64,000 nucleotides of DNA from Pseudomonadota bacterium (GCA_040385485.1 JAZKHJ010000020.1:27843-91842), one strand, 5' to 3'; shown: positions 43,233 through 53,821, counted from the first letter of the stretch. Numbers and translations are program-made. Notes: generated from the sequence alone by a model not told the origin.

Positions 43233-43388
43233 TGGTCTGCATTTGCCGGCTCACGAGGTCTGTGTGAGCCTTGCTGACAAGCATTGGAGTTTACCCTGAA
43301 ACCACCCCTCTTTTGAGAGGCGGCGGGCCTTTTTCAACTCGAATGAAAGATGAATCGGCGTGCACATGAAGCGCGCACGCCACCAAGA

Positions 43389-43802
43389 TCATTTCGCCGG
43401 GATTTGCGCGGGACCGGTAGGGGCCGGTGTGGCGGCAGCGGGCGCCGGAGCTGTGCCTGTTGCAGGTGCTGCGCCCGGAATCTGTTGCGAAGCATCGGCA
43501 GGCTGTGCGGGTGTCACCACACCTTCGAGCACGCTGCCCGAACTCGGTGCAACAGTGCGCAGGTTGCCGAAGTAAGCCAGGCCCAAAGTGCAGCTCAGGA
43601 AGATCGCCGCCAGCACGGCCGTCGAGCGCGACAGGAAGTTGGCACCTCCCGATGCACCGAACAGGCTCGCAGAACCCGCACCGCCGCCACCAAAAGCTGC
43701 GCCCGCATCGGCGCCCTTGCCGTGCTGCATGAGGATCAAGCCGATCATGGCCAGCGCCGAAAGGATCTGCACGGCCAGCAGGATGGTCAACACAACGTTC
43801 AT
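43389..43802 (-). CDS. secG: preprotein translocase subunit SecG
   Basis: 137 aa. Starts MNVVLTILLAVQILSALAMIGLILMQHGKGADAGAAFGGG, has a second TM, and then a Pro/Ala-rich tail. Confidence 0.92.
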   Translation of the reverse strand: MNVVLTILLAVQILSALAMIGLILMQHGKGADAGAAFGGGGAGSASLFGASGGANFLSRSTAVLAAIFLSCTLGLAYFGNLRTVAPSSGSVLEGVVTPAQPADASQQIPGAAPATGTAPAPAAATPAPTGPAQIPAK

Positions 43803-43855
43803 TTTTTACTCCGGAATCACGGTTGTCGATGTGCCCTTGAGGGCACGAAAAAAGG

Positions 43856-44602
43856 TCAATGGGCCGAAGCCACGATCTGAAGGAAGTCGGCCGCCTTGAG
43901 CGACGCGCCGCCGATGAGGCCGCCGTCGATATCGGGCTGGGCCAGCAGGCTGGCGGCGTTTGCTGCATTCATGCTGCCGCCGTAGAGGATGTGTACACGC
44001 TCGGGATGCTGCGTGGCCGCTGCTATCTGGGCACGAAGGACCGCATGCACTTGCTGCGCCTGTTCGGGCGAGGCGGTTTTGCCGGTGCCGATGGCCCAGA
44101 CGGGCTCGTAGGCCACGACGATCTCGCTGGTGCAATGCGCCACGGTGTGGATGACCGCGGCCAGCTGGCGTTTGACGACGGCGTCGGTCTGCCCCGCCTC
44201 ACGTTCGGCCAGCGTTTCACCCACACACACGATGGGCGTGATGCCATGGGCCAATGCCGTCTTGGCCTTGTCGGCCACCAGCTGGTCGGTCTCGCCGTGG
44301 TACTGACGTCGCTCCGAATGGCCCACGATCGCATAGCGGCAGGCGAAGTCCTTGAGCATGGTGGCCGACACCTCGCCGGTGTAGGCACCCTGCTCGTGGC
44401 TGGACACGTCCTGTGCACCCCAGGCGATAGCACTGCCGGTCAACAGCGACTGCAGTTGCGGCAAATACGGTGCGGGCACACACAACGCCATGTCGGCCGC
44501 AGGCGTCTGGCCACCCAGGCCGTCGAGCATGGCTTTCACCAGCGCCTCGTTGGCGGCCAGCGAGCCGTTCATTTTCCAGTTGCCTGCAATCAGTGGTTTC
44601 AT
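43856..44602 (-). CDS. tpiA: triose-phosphate isomerase
   Basis: 248 aa. Contains [16 protein letters not shown] and [14 protein letters not shown]. Confidence 0.97.
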   Translation of the reverse strand: MKPLIAGNWKMNGSLAANEALVKAMLDGLGGQTPAADMALCVPAPYLPQLQSLLTGSAIAWGAQDVSSHEQGAYTGEVSATMLKDFACRYAIVGHSERRQYHGETDQLVADKAKTALAHGITPIVCVGETLAEREAGQTDAVVKRQLAAVIHTVAHCTSEIVVAYEPVWAIGTGKTASPEQAQQVHAVLRAQIAAATQHPERVHILYGGSMNAANAASLLAQPDIDGGLIGGASLKAADFLQIVASAH

Positions 44603-44615
44603 GTCTGAAGTGTCG

Positions 44616-45605
44616 TCATGCCCAGGTCAGGACGAGCTTGCCGATGTGGCGGTTGGATTCCATGAGCGCGTGCGCAGCAGCAGCTTCGCTGGCGGGAAAC
44701 ACCTGGTGGACAATCGGCTTGATGTGTCCCTGAGCCAGCAGCGGCCAGACGCGTTCGCGCAGCGCTTGTGCGATCGCGGCCTTGAATGCGATCGGACGCG
44801 GACGCAAGGTCGACCCGGTGATGGTGAGGCGTTTGCGCAGCACCATGCCGGCGTTGAACTCGGCCTTCACACCGCCCTGCACCGCGATGATGACCAGACG
44901 GCCGTCTTCGGCCAGACAGTCGATCTCGCGCGCCACGTAGGCGCCGGCCACCATATCGAGCACGACGTTGACGCCCTGCCCGCCCGTGAGGTCGGCCACA
45001 GTGGCAACGAAGTCCTGCGTCTTGTAGTTGATGGCGTGATCCGCGCCCAATGCCAGGCACGCCGCGCACTTGTCGTCGCTGCCCGCGGTGGCGATGACGC
45101 GCGCGCCCAGGGCCTTGGCCATCTGGATCGCGGTCACGCCAATGCCGCTGGTGCCACCCTGGATCAACAGCGTCTCGCCCGCTTGCAGGCGCGCGCGGTC
45201 GAACACGTTGCTCCACACAGTGAAGAAGGTCTCGGGCAGCGATGCCGCAGCGATGTCGTCCAGCCCCTCGGGCACCGGCAGGCACTGGCCCACGGGCGCC
45301 ACGCACCACTGGGCATAGCCGCCACCGGCCACCAGCGCGCACACGCGGTCGCCCACCTTCAGGCCGGCGGCGGCCATGGCCGCAGCGTCACCTGAAGCGA
45401 TCACGCCCGCCACTTCGAGGCCCGGAATGTCGGACGCGCCGGGTGGCACCGGGTAATTGCCGGTGCGCTGCAGCACGTCAGGACGGTTCACGCCCGACGC
45501 GCTGACGCGGATCAGCACCTCGCCCTCGGCCGCCACCGGCACCGGGCGTTCACCCAGACGCAGCACCTCCGGCGCACCGAAGCTGCTGATCTCGACCGCT
45601 TGCAT
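44616..45605 (-). CDS. NAD(P)H:quinone oxidoreductase (zeta-crystallin/PIG3 family, MDR superfamily)
   Basis: Starts [23 protein letters not shown]; cofactor motif [19 protein letters not shown]. The track ORF starts at a GTG at 45620, 5 codons upstream (alternative start). Confidence 0.88.
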   Translation of the reverse strand: MQAVEISSFGAPEVLRLGERPVPVAAEGEVLIRVSASGVNRPDVLQRTGNYPVPPGASDIPGLEVAGVIASGDAAAMAAAGLKVGDRVCALVAGGGYAQWCVAPVGQCLPVPEGLDDIAAASLPETFFTVWSNVFDRARLQAGETLLIQGGTSGIGVTAIQMAKALGARVIATAGSDDKCAACLALGADHAINYKTQDFVATVADLTGGQGVNVVLDMVAGAYVAREIDCLAEDGRLVIIAVQGGVKAEFNAGMVLRKRLTITGSTLRPRPIAFKAAIAQALRERVWPLLAQGHIKPIVHQVFPASEAAAAHALMESNRHIGKLVLTWA

Positions 45606-45616
45606 CACCGACGGGA

Positions 45617-47743
45617 TCACGACTGGGGCTGCTGCTGCGGCTCAACCGCGTTGCGATCGGCCAGTGCCTTCATGGACAGCTTGACCCGGCCTTTTTCGTC
45701 AGTCTCGAGCACCTTCACACGAACGATCTGGCCTTCGGTCAGGTAGTCGGTGACTCGCTCGACACGTTCGTGCGCGATCTGGCTGATGTGCAGCAGGCCG
45801 TCCTTGCCGGGCAGCAGGTTGATCAAGGCACCGAAGTCCAGGATCTTGGTGACCGGGCCTTCGTAGACCTTGCCGACTTCCACTTCGGCGGTGATCTGCT
45901 CGATGCGGCGTTTAGCTTCGTCGGCCTTGGCCGAGTCGGTCGAAGCGATGGTGATGGTGCCGTCTTCGTCGATGTTGATCTGCGTGCCGGTCTCTTCGGT
46001 CAGCGCGCGGATCACGGCGCCACCCTTGCCGATCACGTCACGGATCTTCTCGGGGTTGATCTTCATGGTGAAGAGCTTGGGCGCGAAGTTGGACACCTCG
46101 GTCTTGGCTTCGCCCATGGCTTCCTGCATCTTGCCCAGGATGTGCATGCGGGCTTCCTTGGCCTGGGCCAGCGCGACCTGCATGATTTCCTTGGTGATGC
46201 CCTGGATTTTGATGTCCATCTGCAGCGCCGAGATGCCGTTGGTGGTGCCGGCGACCTTGAAGTCCATGTCGCCCAGATGATCTTCGTCACCCAGGATGTC
46301 GGTCAGCACCGCGAAACGGTTGCCGTCCTTGATCAGGCCCATGGCGATACCGGCCACGTGTGCCTTCATCGGCACGCCGGCATCCATCAGCGCCAGGCAG
46401 CCACCGCAAACGGAAGCCATCGACGAGGAGCCGTTGGACTCGGTGATTTCGGACACCACGCGCATGGTGTAGGGGAAGTCTTCCTTGCTCGGCAGCGCGG
46501 CGATCAGCGCGCGCTTGGCCAGACGGCCGTGGCCGATTTCGCGGCGCTTGGGCGTGCCGAAGCGGCCGGCTTCGCCGGTGGCGAAGGGAGGCATGTTGTA
46601 GTGCAGCATGAAGCGGTCTTCGAACTCCCCGGCCAGCGCATCGATGCGCTGGGCGTCGCGGTCGGTGCCGAGCGTGGCCACGACCAGCGCCTGGGTTTCA
46701 CCGCGGGTGAACAGGGCCGAGCCGTGGGTGCGGGGCAGCACGCCGTTGCGGATTTCGATGGCGCGCACGGTGCGCGTGTCGCGGCCGTCGATGCGGGGCT
46801 CGCCGGCCAGGATCTGGCCACGCACGATCTTGGCTTCGATCTCGAACAGCAGGGCTTCGATGGCCACGCTGTCGAAGGCCACGCCTTCGGCTTTGAGAGC
46901 GGCAAACACGTCGGCGTAAGCCGAACGGCAGGCCTGGGTGCGGGCCTGCTTGTTGCGGATCTGGTAAGCGGCTTCGAGCTTGGCCTTGGCCAGGCCGTCG
47001 ATCTTGGCGATCAGTGGCTCGTCCTTGGCGGGCGCTTGCCAATCCCAGGCCGGCTTGCCGGCGTCGCGCACCAGCTCGTTGATGGCGGCAATGGCAATGT
47101 TGCCCTGCTCGTGGCCGAACACCACGGCGCCCAGCATGATCTCTTCAGACAGTTGGTCGGCTTCGGACTCCACCATCAACACGGCGGATTCGGTACCGGC
47201 GACCACGAGGTCGAGCTGGCTGTCTTTCAGTTGCGTCTGGCCCGGGTTGAGCACGTACTGGCCATTGACGTAACCCACGCGGGCAGCGCCGATCGGGCCG
47301 TTGAACGGGATGCCGCTGACGGACAGGGCTGCCGAGGTGGCGATCATGGCGGCGATGTCGGCCTGCACTTCTGGGTTCAGGCTCACCACGTGAACGATCA
47401 CCTGAACTTCGTTGTAGAAGCCTTCGGGGAACAGGGGACGGATCGGGCGGTCGATCAGGCGGCAGGTCAGGGTTTCGAGTTCGCTCGGGCGGCCTTCACG
47501 CTTGAAGAAGCTGCCGGGGATCTTGCCGGCGGCATACGACTTCTCGGTGTAGTCCACGGTCAGCGGGAAGAAGTCCTGGCCGGCCTTGGCTTCGGTCTTG
47601 GCGACCACGGTGGCGAGCACCACGGTGTCGTCGATGTTGACCAGCACGGCGCCGGTGGCCTGGCGCGCGATTTCGCCGGTTTCCATCGTGACCGTGTGGG
47701 GGCCCCACTGGAAGGTCTTGGTGACTTTGTTGAACATGCTCAT
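45617..47743 (-). CDS. pnp: polyribonucleotide nucleotidyltransferase (PNPase)
   Basis: 708 aa from [14 protein letters not shown], preceded by AGGAG. Has two RNase PH domains ([16 protein letters not shown]) and C-terminal KH and S1 domains. Confidence 0.98.
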   Translation of the reverse strand: MSMFNKVTKTFQWGPHTVTMETGEIARQATGAVLVNIDDTVVLATVVAKTEAKAGQDFFPLTVDYTEKSYAAGKIPGSFFKREGRPSELETLTCRLIDRPIRPLFPEGFYNEVQVIVHVVSLNPEVQADIAAMIATSAALSVSGIPFNGPIGAARVGYVNGQYVLNPGQTQLKDSQLDLVVAGTESAVLMVESEADQLSEEIMLGAVVFGHEQGNIAIAAINELVRDAGKPAWDWQAPAKDEPLIAKIDGLAKAKLEAAYQIRNKQARTQACRSAYADVFAALKAEGVAFDSVAIEALLFEIEAKIVRGQILAGEPRIDGRDTRTVRAIEIRNGVLPRTHGSALFTRGETQALVVATLGTDRDAQRIDALAGEFEDRFMLHYNMPPFATGEAGRFGTPKRREIGHGRLAKRALIAALPSKEDFPYTMRVVSEITESNGSSSMASVCGGCLALMDAGVPMKAHVAGIAMGLIKDGNRFAVLTDILGDEDHLGDMDFKVAGTTNGISALQMDIKIQGITKEIMQVALAQAKEARMHILGKMQEAMGEAKTEVSNFAPKLFTMKINPEKIRDVIGKGGAVIRALTEETGTQINIDEDGTITIASTDSAKADEAKRRIEQITAEVEVGKVYEGPVTKILDFGALINLLPGKDGLLHISQIAHERVERVTDYLTEGQIVRVKVLETDEKGRVKLSMKALADRNAVEPQQQPQS

Positions 47744-47838
47744 GGTTGATCTCCTGGAATTCTTTCCACCACCCGGCGGAAAACACAGCGTGCGGCAAAC
47801 CCGCACAAAACCCGGAAACACAACCCAGAACACGATGC

Positions 47839-47890
47839 CATTCCAGGTGGGTTGAGTGCTTCGCCGATGGCGCTCAACCCGCTTGGAATG
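47839..47890 (-). promoter_or_regulatory. long imperfect hairpin in the pnp 5' leader (RNase III-type autoregulatory processing stem)
   Basis: About 21-bp inverted repeat CATTCCAGGTGGGTTGAGTGC / GCGCTCAACCCGCTTGGAATG around a 10-nt loop, between the rpsO terminator and pnp. Its position matches the known rpsO-pnp leader organisation. Confidence 0.6.
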
Positions 47891-47945
47891 ACACAGCTTC
47901 GCTCTGTGATCAGTGCTCCGGAATCAAAAAAGCGGATTGACAAGC

Positions 47946-47983
47946 AAAAAACGCCCGAGCCAGCGAACCAACTCAGGCGTTTT
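47946..47983 (-). terminator. rho-independent terminator/attenuator after rpsO
   Basis: On the minus strand: AAAACGCCTGAG - loop - CTCGGGCGTTTT, followed by further Ts. The stem is 12 bp with one G-U. Confidence 0.85.
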
Positions 47984-48003
47984 GTGCATCAAGCCGGGCT
48001 CAA

Positions 48004-48270
48004 TTACTTGCGCAGACCCAGTTTCGCGATCAGCGCGACGTAACGCTGGGCGTCCTTCGACTTCAGGTAGTCCAGCAGCTTGCGGCGGCGGCTCACCATG
48101 CGCAGCAGGCCGCGACGACCGTGGTGGTCTTTGGCGTGCGTCTTGAAGTGGGGGGTCAGTTCGTTGATGCGTGCGGTCAGGATGGCGACCTGCACTTCTG
48201 GGCTGCCGGTGTCATTGGCGGCGCGGGCGTTGGCCGCGACGACTTCGGCTTTGATGGATTGAGCAATCAT
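48004..48270 (-). CDS. rpsO: 30S ribosomal protein S15
   Basis: 88 aa. Contains [49 protein letters not shown]. Confidence 0.98.
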   Translation of the reverse strand: MIAQSIKAEVVAANARAANDTGSPEVQVAILTARINELTPHFKTHAKDHHGRRGLLRMVSRRRKLLDYLKSKDAQRYVALIAKLGLRK

Positions 48271-48403
48271 GGAATTTCCTTGGGGTTACATGCGTCCCGG
48301 CGCAGCCAGTCGGCCTGTGGAGTTGCTCCAGAGCCGGCCGCCGCATCGGGCGTGGGTATGCTGTCCTTTCGAACGGCAACCGCGGATTATAGGGCAGAAG
48401 GCA

Positions 48404-49627
48404 TCAGGTGCCGCCACCCGGCTGGGCAGCGATCCAGCGGCGCAGGCGTTCAACGCCCTCTTCCAGCCGGCGGGTGTCGCGGCTGGCAAAGCACCAGCGC
48501 AGCCAGCCGGCCGCTTCCGGGCTGAAGGCGCTGCCCGGCGCCAGGCCAATACCTGCCTCGCGCACCAGCCGCTTGGCCACGGCCAGGCAATCGTCCTGCC
48601 CTTGCAGCTTGAAAAAGGCATACATGCCGCCCAGCGGCTCGGCCAGCGTCACGCCCGGCACGGCGCGTAGCAGCGGCACCAGGGTGTCGCGGCAGGTTTT
48701 CAGGTGTGCCACCAGGGCGGGTGTGACCTCCGCGCCGCGCTGCAACGCCACGGTGGCCCCACGCTGCACGAACACCGGTGCGCACGAGGTGTTGAACTCG
48801 ATCAGCTTGCCCAGGGCCGGCGTCAGCGCGGCGGGCAACACCAGCCAGCCCAGCCGCCAGCCGGTCATGAGAAAACTCTTGGAAAAGCTGTGCGCGACGA
48901 TGACCCGGTCGTCCGGCGCGGCCACATCCAGGAAGCTGCTGGCCGCACCGTTGGCGGTGTCGCCCGCGTAATACAGCCGCTCGTAGACCTCGTCGGCCAG
49001 GATCCAGGTGCCGGTGCGGCGGCAATGCGCCAGGATGGAGGCCTGCTCGTCGCGGGTCAGGGTCCAGCCCGTGGGGTTGTTGGGCGCGTTGACGATGAGC
49101 ATGCGCGTTGCTGGCGTGATGGCGGACAGCAAGGCCTCCATGTCCAGCGCCCAGGCACCGGCGCGCGGTCCGTCGGTGAGAACGCGCAGCGGCACGCTTT
49201 TCACGTTCGCGCCCATGATCAGCGGCTGCGCCACCAGATTGGGCCAGGCCGGCGTGACCACCACCACCTCGTCACCCGCTTCCACCAGCGCCTGCGACGC
49301 CAGCATCAGCCCGTTGACACCCCCCGAAGTGACGGCCAGCCGATCCATCCAGTGCGCAGCACCGCGACCGGGGTGCAGGCTGTCGGTGTAGACCGCGAGC
49401 GCTTCGCGCAATTCGGGCAGGCCGAGGTTGTGTGCGTAGAAGGTTTCACCGGCCTGCAGCGAGGCCATGGCGGCTTCGCGGATGAAGCCGGGCGTGACTT
49501 CGTCGCTCTCGCCAAACCAGAACTTGAGCACGTTGTCGCGGCCCAGGCCTTCGTTGGCCACCTCGCGGATGCGGGAGGCTTCGAGGTTTTCAACGACGGG
49601 GCGCATGAAGGGAGTGTGTGGGGACAT
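48404..49627 (-). CDS. pyridoxal-phosphate-dependent aminotransferase (class I/II, aspartate aminotransferase fold)
   Basis: 407 aa from MSPHTPFMRPVVENLEASRIREV. Contains NAPNNPTGW and the PLP-lysine motif SFSKSF. The upstream 277 codons of the track ORF overlap the binding-protein gene in another frame. Confidence 0.88.
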   Translation of the reverse strand: MSPHTPFMRPVVENLEASRIREVANEGLGRDNVLKFWFGESDEVTPGFIREAAMASLQAGETFYAHNLGLPELREALAVYTDSLHPGRGAAHWMDRLAVTSGGVNGLMLASQALVEAGDEVVVVTPAWPNLVAQPLIMGANVKSVPLRVLTDGPRAGAWALDMEALLSAITPATRMLIVNAPNNPTGWTLTRDEQASILAHCRRTGTWILADEVYERLYYAGDTANGAASSFLDVAAPDDRVIVAHSFSKSFLMTGWRLGWLVLPAALTPALGKLIEFNTSCAPVFVQRGATVALQRGAEVTPALVAHLKTCRDTLVPLLRAVPGVTLAEPLGGMYAFFKLQGQDDCLAVAKRLVREAGIGLAPGSAFSPEAAGWLRWCFASRDTRRLEEGVERLRRWIAAQPGGGT

Positions 49628-50922
49628 CAGGGTCGGATCATGTTGCAGCGGTGAGGCTGTTCGGCTTGCTGGGGAGCCAGGTTGCGGATGACGCGAAAGC
49701 CATAGCCCGAGCCTTCGACATCGAATTTCGCGCCAGGCGCACCCTGACGGTCCATCACGGCCACCGCCAGCGGCTGCTGGAACTGGTGATCGGCGGCGCG
49801 CATGCGGGCGGTCTGGCCGGCGAGCGTGACTTCGGCTTTCTCCAGCTGGGCGGCGATGCTGGCCGCATTGACCGGGCCGGCAGCACCGGCGCGTTCGATC
49901 GCCTGCGCGAGCGACTCGATCATGAGTTGCATGCGCATGTGCACGTAGTCGTCGGCGGGATTGGGGAAGCGTTGGCGGAACGATTGGTAGAAGGCTTCGG
50001 ACTCGCGCGTGGGCACGTTGGGGAACCAGTCGGCCACCGCGATCACCTTGCCGATGCCGGCCTCGCCCATGGCAGCCGGTGCACCGAGCGCGTTGCCGTA
50101 GAAAGTGTAGAACGTGCCCTCGAAACCCACCTCGCGCGCGGCCTTCACCAGCAGCGTGAGGTCGTTGCCCCAGTTGCCGGTGAGCACGGCCTGGGCCCCG
50201 CTGGCCTTGATCTTGGTCGCGTAGGGCAGAAAGTCCTTCACACGCGCCATGGGGTGCAGCTCTTCGCCGACGATCTTCACGTCGGGCCGCTGCGCGGCCA
50301 GCTGGCTGCGGCCCTCGCGCAGCACGGCCTGGCCAAAGCTGTAGTCCTGGCCGATCAGGTAGATGCTCTTGAGCTGCGGGTCTTCGCGCAGCACGCTCAT
50401 GAGCGCGGTCATTCGCATGTCGGCATGGGCGTCGAAGCGGAAATGCCAGTAGCTGCACTTTTCGTTGGTCAGCGCCGGGTCGACGGCCGAGTAGTTCAGG
50501 AACAGCATCTGGCGCGCCGGCTCGCGCTCGTTGTGCTTGTTGATGGCCTCGATCAGGGCGCTGGCCGCGGCCGACGAGTTGCCCTGCGTGACGATGGTGA
50601 TGTCGCGGTCCACCGCCGAACGCAGCGCCGACAGCGCCTCTTCGGTCTGGCCCTTGCTGTCGAAACGCTCGATCAGCAGCGGACGGTTGCCGCCCGGTAG
50701 CTTCACGCCACCGCGCGCATTCACCCGCTCGGTCGCCCAGACCAGGTTGCGGTAGACGGCCTCGCCGGTGTTGGCGATCGGACCGGACAGCCCCTCGATC
50801 ATGCCGATGCGGATCGGCGCAGGCGTCTGGGCCAGCGACGCGGTGGCGGAGAAAGCGCCGATCAGCATGGCCGCCAGTGCGCGGCGGCGCTGGGAGAAGA
50901 TGGAATCAAGCAGGTGTTTCAT
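49627..50922 (-). CDS. ABC transporter substrate-binding protein, Leu/Ile/Val-binding (LivK/type I PBP) family
   Basis: 431 aa. Has a signal peptide (AAMLIGAFSATASLAQT) and the start of a type I periplasmic binding fold (IRIGMIEGLSGPIANTGE). Its stop shares one base with the aminotransferase ATG (TGATG). Confidence 0.85.
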   Translation of the reverse strand: MKHLLDSIFSQRRRALAAMLIGAFSATASLAQTPAPIRIGMIEGLSGPIANTGEAVYRNLVWATERVNARGGVKLPGGNRPLLIERFDSKGQTEEALSALRSAVDRDITIVTQGNSSAAASALIEAINKHNEREPARQMLFLNYSAVDPALTNEKCSYWHFRFDAHADMRMTALMSVLREDPQLKSIYLIGQDYSFGQAVLREGRSQLAAQRPDVKIVGEELHPMARVKDFLPYATKIKASGAQAVLTGNWGNDLTLLVKAAREVGFEGTFYTFYGNALGAPAAMGEAGIGKVIAVADWFPNVPTRESEAFYQSFRQRFPNPADDYVHMRMQLMIESLAQAIERAGAAGPVNAASIAAQLEKAEVTLAGQTARMRAADHQFQQPLAVAVMDRQGAPGAKFDVEGSGYGFRVIRNLAPQQAEQPHRCNMIRP

Positions 50923-51011
50923 GGGGGGATGCGTTGCTCATGGTGTCCGAACGCGGACGCTCGGTGTTTCTGGCGTCTTTGCGCCAGCGCCGGGACTCTA
51001 ATCGATCAATG

Positions 51012-52130
51012 TCAGCTGGCGCCAGCCGCCACGCCCGGACCGAGATCCGACAGCGGCCAGCGCGGCTTCACATCGAAGCTGTATCCGTGGCCATCGGTCC
51101 CGGCGGCCGAGTCCAGACTGACCAGCCCGGCCTGCACCCGCATGCCGCCAGCCAGCGCGATCATGGCGCCGTTGTCGGTGCAAAGGTGCAGCTCGGGGTA
51201 GTGCACGCGAACCCCTGCCTTGGCGCACGCGGCGCCCAGTTGTTCGCGCAACGAGGTGTTGGCGCCCACACCACCGGCCACCACCAGACGGCGCAAACCA
51301 GTCTGGCGCACCGCCGCCATGGACTTCTTCACCAGCACCTCGACGATCGCGGCCTGCACGCTGGCGGCCACATCGGCCTTTTGCCGCGGCGTCAGCGGAT
51401 CGGCCAGGTGCAGCGTGGCCGGGCCGTCCAGGCTGGCATGGGCCAGCCTTTTCACCTGGGTCAGCACCGCGGTCTTGAGACCGGCAAAGGAAAAATCGAG
51501 GTCACCGCTGTGCAGCAGCGGGCGCGGAAACTTGTAGGCCTGGGCGTCGCCCTGCAGCGCCAGCCGAGCCAGTGCAGGCCCGCCCGGGTAACCCAGGCCG
51601 AGCAGCTTGGCCGACTTGTCGAAGGCCTCGCCGGCTGCGTCGTCGATGGTTTCGCCCAGCAGCGTGTAGCGCCCCACCCCGTCCACCCGCATCAGCTGGC
51701 TGTGGCCGCCCGACACCAGCAGCGCCACGAAGGGAAATTCGGGCGGGTCGGCGCTGAGGAACGGCGACAGCAGGTGGCCTTCGAGGTGGTGCACGCCGAT
51801 CACCGGTTTGCCCAGTGCGAAGCCCAGCGCGCAGGCCACGCCAGAACCCACCAGCAGCGCGCCGGCCAGGCCGGGGCCGCGGGTGTAGGCCACGGCGTCC
51901 ACGGCAGAGAGCGGCAGGCCGACCTGGGCCAGCACCGCGTCGGTGAGCGGCAGCACGCGGCGGATGTGGTCGCGACTGGCCAGCTCGGGCACCACACCAC
52001 CATAGGCACGGTGCATCTCGATCTGGCTGTGCAGCGCATCGCCCAGCAGCCGCGGCGTGTGAGCGCCGCTGGCGTCGACCAAGGCCACGCCGGTTTCGTC
52101 GCAAGACGACTCGATTCCCAAAATCAGCAT
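51012..52130 (-). CDS. tsaD: tRNA N6-adenosine threonylcarbamoyltransferase TsaD
   Basis: 372 aa from [18 protein letters not shown]. Contains VHHLEGHLL and VVAGGVGAN. Confidence 0.93.
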   Translation of the reverse strand: MLILGIESSCDETGVALVDASGAHTPRLLGDALHSQIEMHRAYGGVVPELASRDHIRRVLPLTDAVLAQVGLPLSAVDAVAYTRGPGLAGALLVGSGVACALGFALGKPVIGVHHLEGHLLSPFLSADPPEFPFVALLVSGGHSQLMRVDGVGRYTLLGETIDDAAGEAFDKSAKLLGLGYPGGPALARLALQGDAQAYKFPRPLLHSGDLDFSFAGLKTAVLTQVKRLAHASLDGPATLHLADPLTPRQKADVAASVQAAIVEVLVKKSMAAVRQTGLRRLVVAGGVGANTSLREQLGAACAKAGVRVHYPELHLCTDNGAMIALAGGMRVQAGLVSLDSAAGTDGHGYSFDVKPRWPLSDLGPGVAAGAS

Positions 52131-52146
52131 CGCCCAAGTGTACGGG

Positions 52147-52162
52147 CGGCATGTTTGTTGCT
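52147..52162 (+). promoter_or_regulatory. candidate sigma-54 promoter upstream of the nasR-like gene
   Basis: CGGCATgtttgTTGCT with exact GG-N10-GC spacing, 36 nt upstream of the ATG at 52198. Confidence 0.35.
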
Positions 52163-52197
52163 CACACTGGGCGCATGTGTGCACAACTCTCGCGAAC

Positions 52198-53466
52198 ATG
52201 AAATCGGGCCTGAACTTTCTGGTGGCGGCCAAACGCTGCGAAATCGCCGAACTGCAGCAGCTCGCACTCACCAGCGCGCTGGTGAACGTGACCGGGCGTC
52301 TGGTGCATGCCCTGCAGCGCGAACGGGGCTTGTCCAACCTGTTTCTCGGTTCGCAGGGTCATCAGTTTGGCGAGATGCGCGCGAACCAGATCAGGGAATC
52401 CCGCCAGATCGAAGCCGAGCTGCGCGCCTGCTTTGACGAACTGGACACCGAGTCGGCCCTGGTGGGCAACGGCGCCCGACTGTTCAGCCGCATCGCCTAT
52501 GTGCTGCACGGGCTGGATGCGCTGGATGGGTTGCGCTCGCGCGTGGAGGCGCTGCAATGGACGACCCAGCAGGCCACCGAAGCGTATGTGCGACTGATCT
52601 CCGGCCTGCTGGCCGTGGTGTTCGAAGCGGCGGACACCGCCAGCGATCCCGAGATTTCACGCTTGCTCGTGGCCTTGTTCAACTTCATGCAGGGCAAGGA
52701 GTTCGCCGGCCAAGAGCGTGCGGCCGGGTCGGCGCTGTTCGCCGGGGGGCGTGCAGAGGCGAGCGACCAGCAGCGTCTTCTGCATTTGATCGAATCGCAG
52801 GAACGCTGCCTGGAGGTGTTCACCGAGTTTTCGAAAGCCCAGGCGGTGGAACTGTGGAACGCCACCCAGGCCAGCGCCACACTGGCCGAGCTGGAACGGC
52901 TGCGCCGCGTGCTGTGCACGGCCACCCATGGCTCACCGCTCAATGCCCAGATGAGCCAGGCATGGTTCGACTGCTGCAGCCGGCGCATCGACCGCATGAA
53001 AACGGTGGAGGAGCGCCTGGCGCTGGACCTGTTGCAAGCCTGCGAACAGAAGATCGTCGCGGCCCATGCCGAGCTGAACAGTTTTCACGCGCTGCAAACA
53101 GCCCCTGCCACCGAGGCGGACGTTCTGTCGTTCTTCCGGGCGCCGAACGCGCGGGACAGCAGCGGTTTCGGCACCGGCACCCAGAGTTACGGCCTTCACC
53201 TGGAGCGCTCGATTCTGGAACTGGTGCAGGATCAGGCGCGGCGCCTGCAGACCATGAGCGAAGAGCTCGACACCGTGCGTGCCAGCCTCAACGAGCGCAA
53301 GCTGATCGAACGCGCCAAGGGCCTGCTCATGGCGCACCGCCACCTCAGCGAGGAAGAAGCCCACAAGACCATTCGCCAGATGGCCATGAACCAGAACCGC
53401 CGCCTGATCGAGGTGGCCGAAGCGGTGCTGGCCATGGCCGATGTGCTGCCCGATCGCCAACGCTGA
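52198..53466 (+). CDS. nasR: nitrate/nitrite-responsive antiterminator, NIT sensor domain + C-terminal ANTAR domain (NasR type)
   Basis: 422 aa from [12 protein letters not shown]. Has a NIT-domain signature ([18 protein letters not shown]) and a C-terminal ANTAR ([48 protein letters not shown]). It is adjacent to nitrate uptake genes. Confidence 0.85.
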   Translation: MKSGLNFLVAAKRCEIAELQQLALTSALVNVTGRLVHALQRERGLSNLFLGSQGHQFGEMRANQIRESRQIEAELRACFDELDTESALVGNGARLFSRIAYVLHGLDALDGLRSRVEALQWTTQQATEAYVRLISGLLAVVFEAADTASDPEISRLLVALFNFMQGKEFAGQERAAGSALFAGGRAEASDQQRLLHLIESQERCLEVFTEFSKAQAVELWNATQASATLAELERLRRVLCTATHGSPLNAQMSQAWFDCCSRRIDRMKTVEERLALDLLQACEQKIVAAHAELNSFHALQTAPATEADVLSFFRAPNARDSSGFGTGTQSYGLHLERSILELVQDQARRLQTMSEELDTVRASLNERKLIERAKGLLMAHRHLSEEEAHKTIRQMAMNQNRRLIEVAEAVLAMADVLPDRQR

Positions 53467-53487
53467 GCGCGCGGCGGGTTGCTGCAG

Positions 53488-53536
53488 CGCACAAATACCG
53501 TGCCGCGGCAGCATTGCGCACCAGAATGAGGCGCAA
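53488..53536. promoter_or_regulatory. possible NtrC-type upstream activator sites
   Basis: cGCAC-N7-GTGCc (53488-53504) matches the half-site spacing of TGCACC-N5-GGTGCA. The imperfect palindrome TTGCGCACC-agaat-GAGGCGCAA (53514-53536) lies about 110-155 nt upstream of the sigma-54 element at 53645. Confidence 0.25.
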
Positions 53537-53644
53537 TGCAACCAAGGCCAGACCACCGACTGGCCGCTGAGGCGACGGCAGCCCTGCCGATTTCTGTTTT
53601 GAAATCAAGTCTCTTGCAACCGAGCCCCCAGTCAACCCTGAAGC

Positions 53645-53660
53645 TGGCACACAAACTGCT
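53645..53660 (+). promoter_or_regulatory. sigma-54 (-24/-12) promoter for the nrtABD-narK unit
   Basis: TGGCACacaaaCTGCT with exact GG-N10-GC spacing, 160 nt upstream of the nrtA ATG and upstream of the leader hairpins. Confidence 0.55.
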
Positions 53661-53683
53661 GTAACCAAGACAAAGCGATTCGA

Positions 53684-53695
53684 GCCAACGGCGGC
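53684..53695 (+). promoter_or_regulatory. leader hairpin P1 with hexaloop AACGGC (candidate ANTAR-binding element)
   Basis: GCC[AACGGC]GGC: only a 3-bp stem, loop with A at position 1 and G at position 4. Confidence 0.35.
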
Positions 53696-53723
53696 CCGGG
53701 TTTCGACAGTCTCCCCGACACGA

Positions 53724-53737
53724 GGACAACGGCGTCC
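53724..53737 (+). promoter_or_regulatory. leader hairpin P2 with hexaloop AACGGC, overlapping the terminator 5' arm (candidate ANTAR-stabilised anti-terminator)
   Basis: GGAC[AACGGC]GTCC: 4-bp stem with the same hexaloop as P1. Bases 53727-53737 are also part of the terminator stem. Confidence 0.5.
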
Positions 53738-53786
53738 ATTTCCGGCTTGCGAAGCACAGCCACGGAAATGGGCGCCGTTGTGTTTT
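53727..53786 (+). terminator. intrinsic terminator in the nrtA leader
   Basis: 18-bp stem CAACGGCGTCCATTTCCG (53727-53744) / CGGAAATGGGCGCCGTTG (53763-53780) with one G-U and an 18-nt loop, followed by TGTTTT. It ends 35 nt before the nrtA start codon. Confidence 0.7.
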
Positions 53787-53821
53787 GGGGCACCGATTTT
53801 TTTATCAGCAAGGAGTTGGAC

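Noticed and set aside
43122-43388. tRNA-Leu as a possible genomic-island integration site
   Set aside because: The flanks are secG and nuoA in the usual conserved order. No integrase, direct repeat of the tRNA 3' end, or foreign-looking DNA is adjacent.
49628-50458. 277-codon N-terminal extension of the aminotransferase ORF (track ORF 48404..50458)
   Set aside because: It overlaps the LivK-type binding-protein gene in another frame and is Arg/Pro/Gly-rich. The family N-terminus and the TGATG coupling fit the ATG at 49627.
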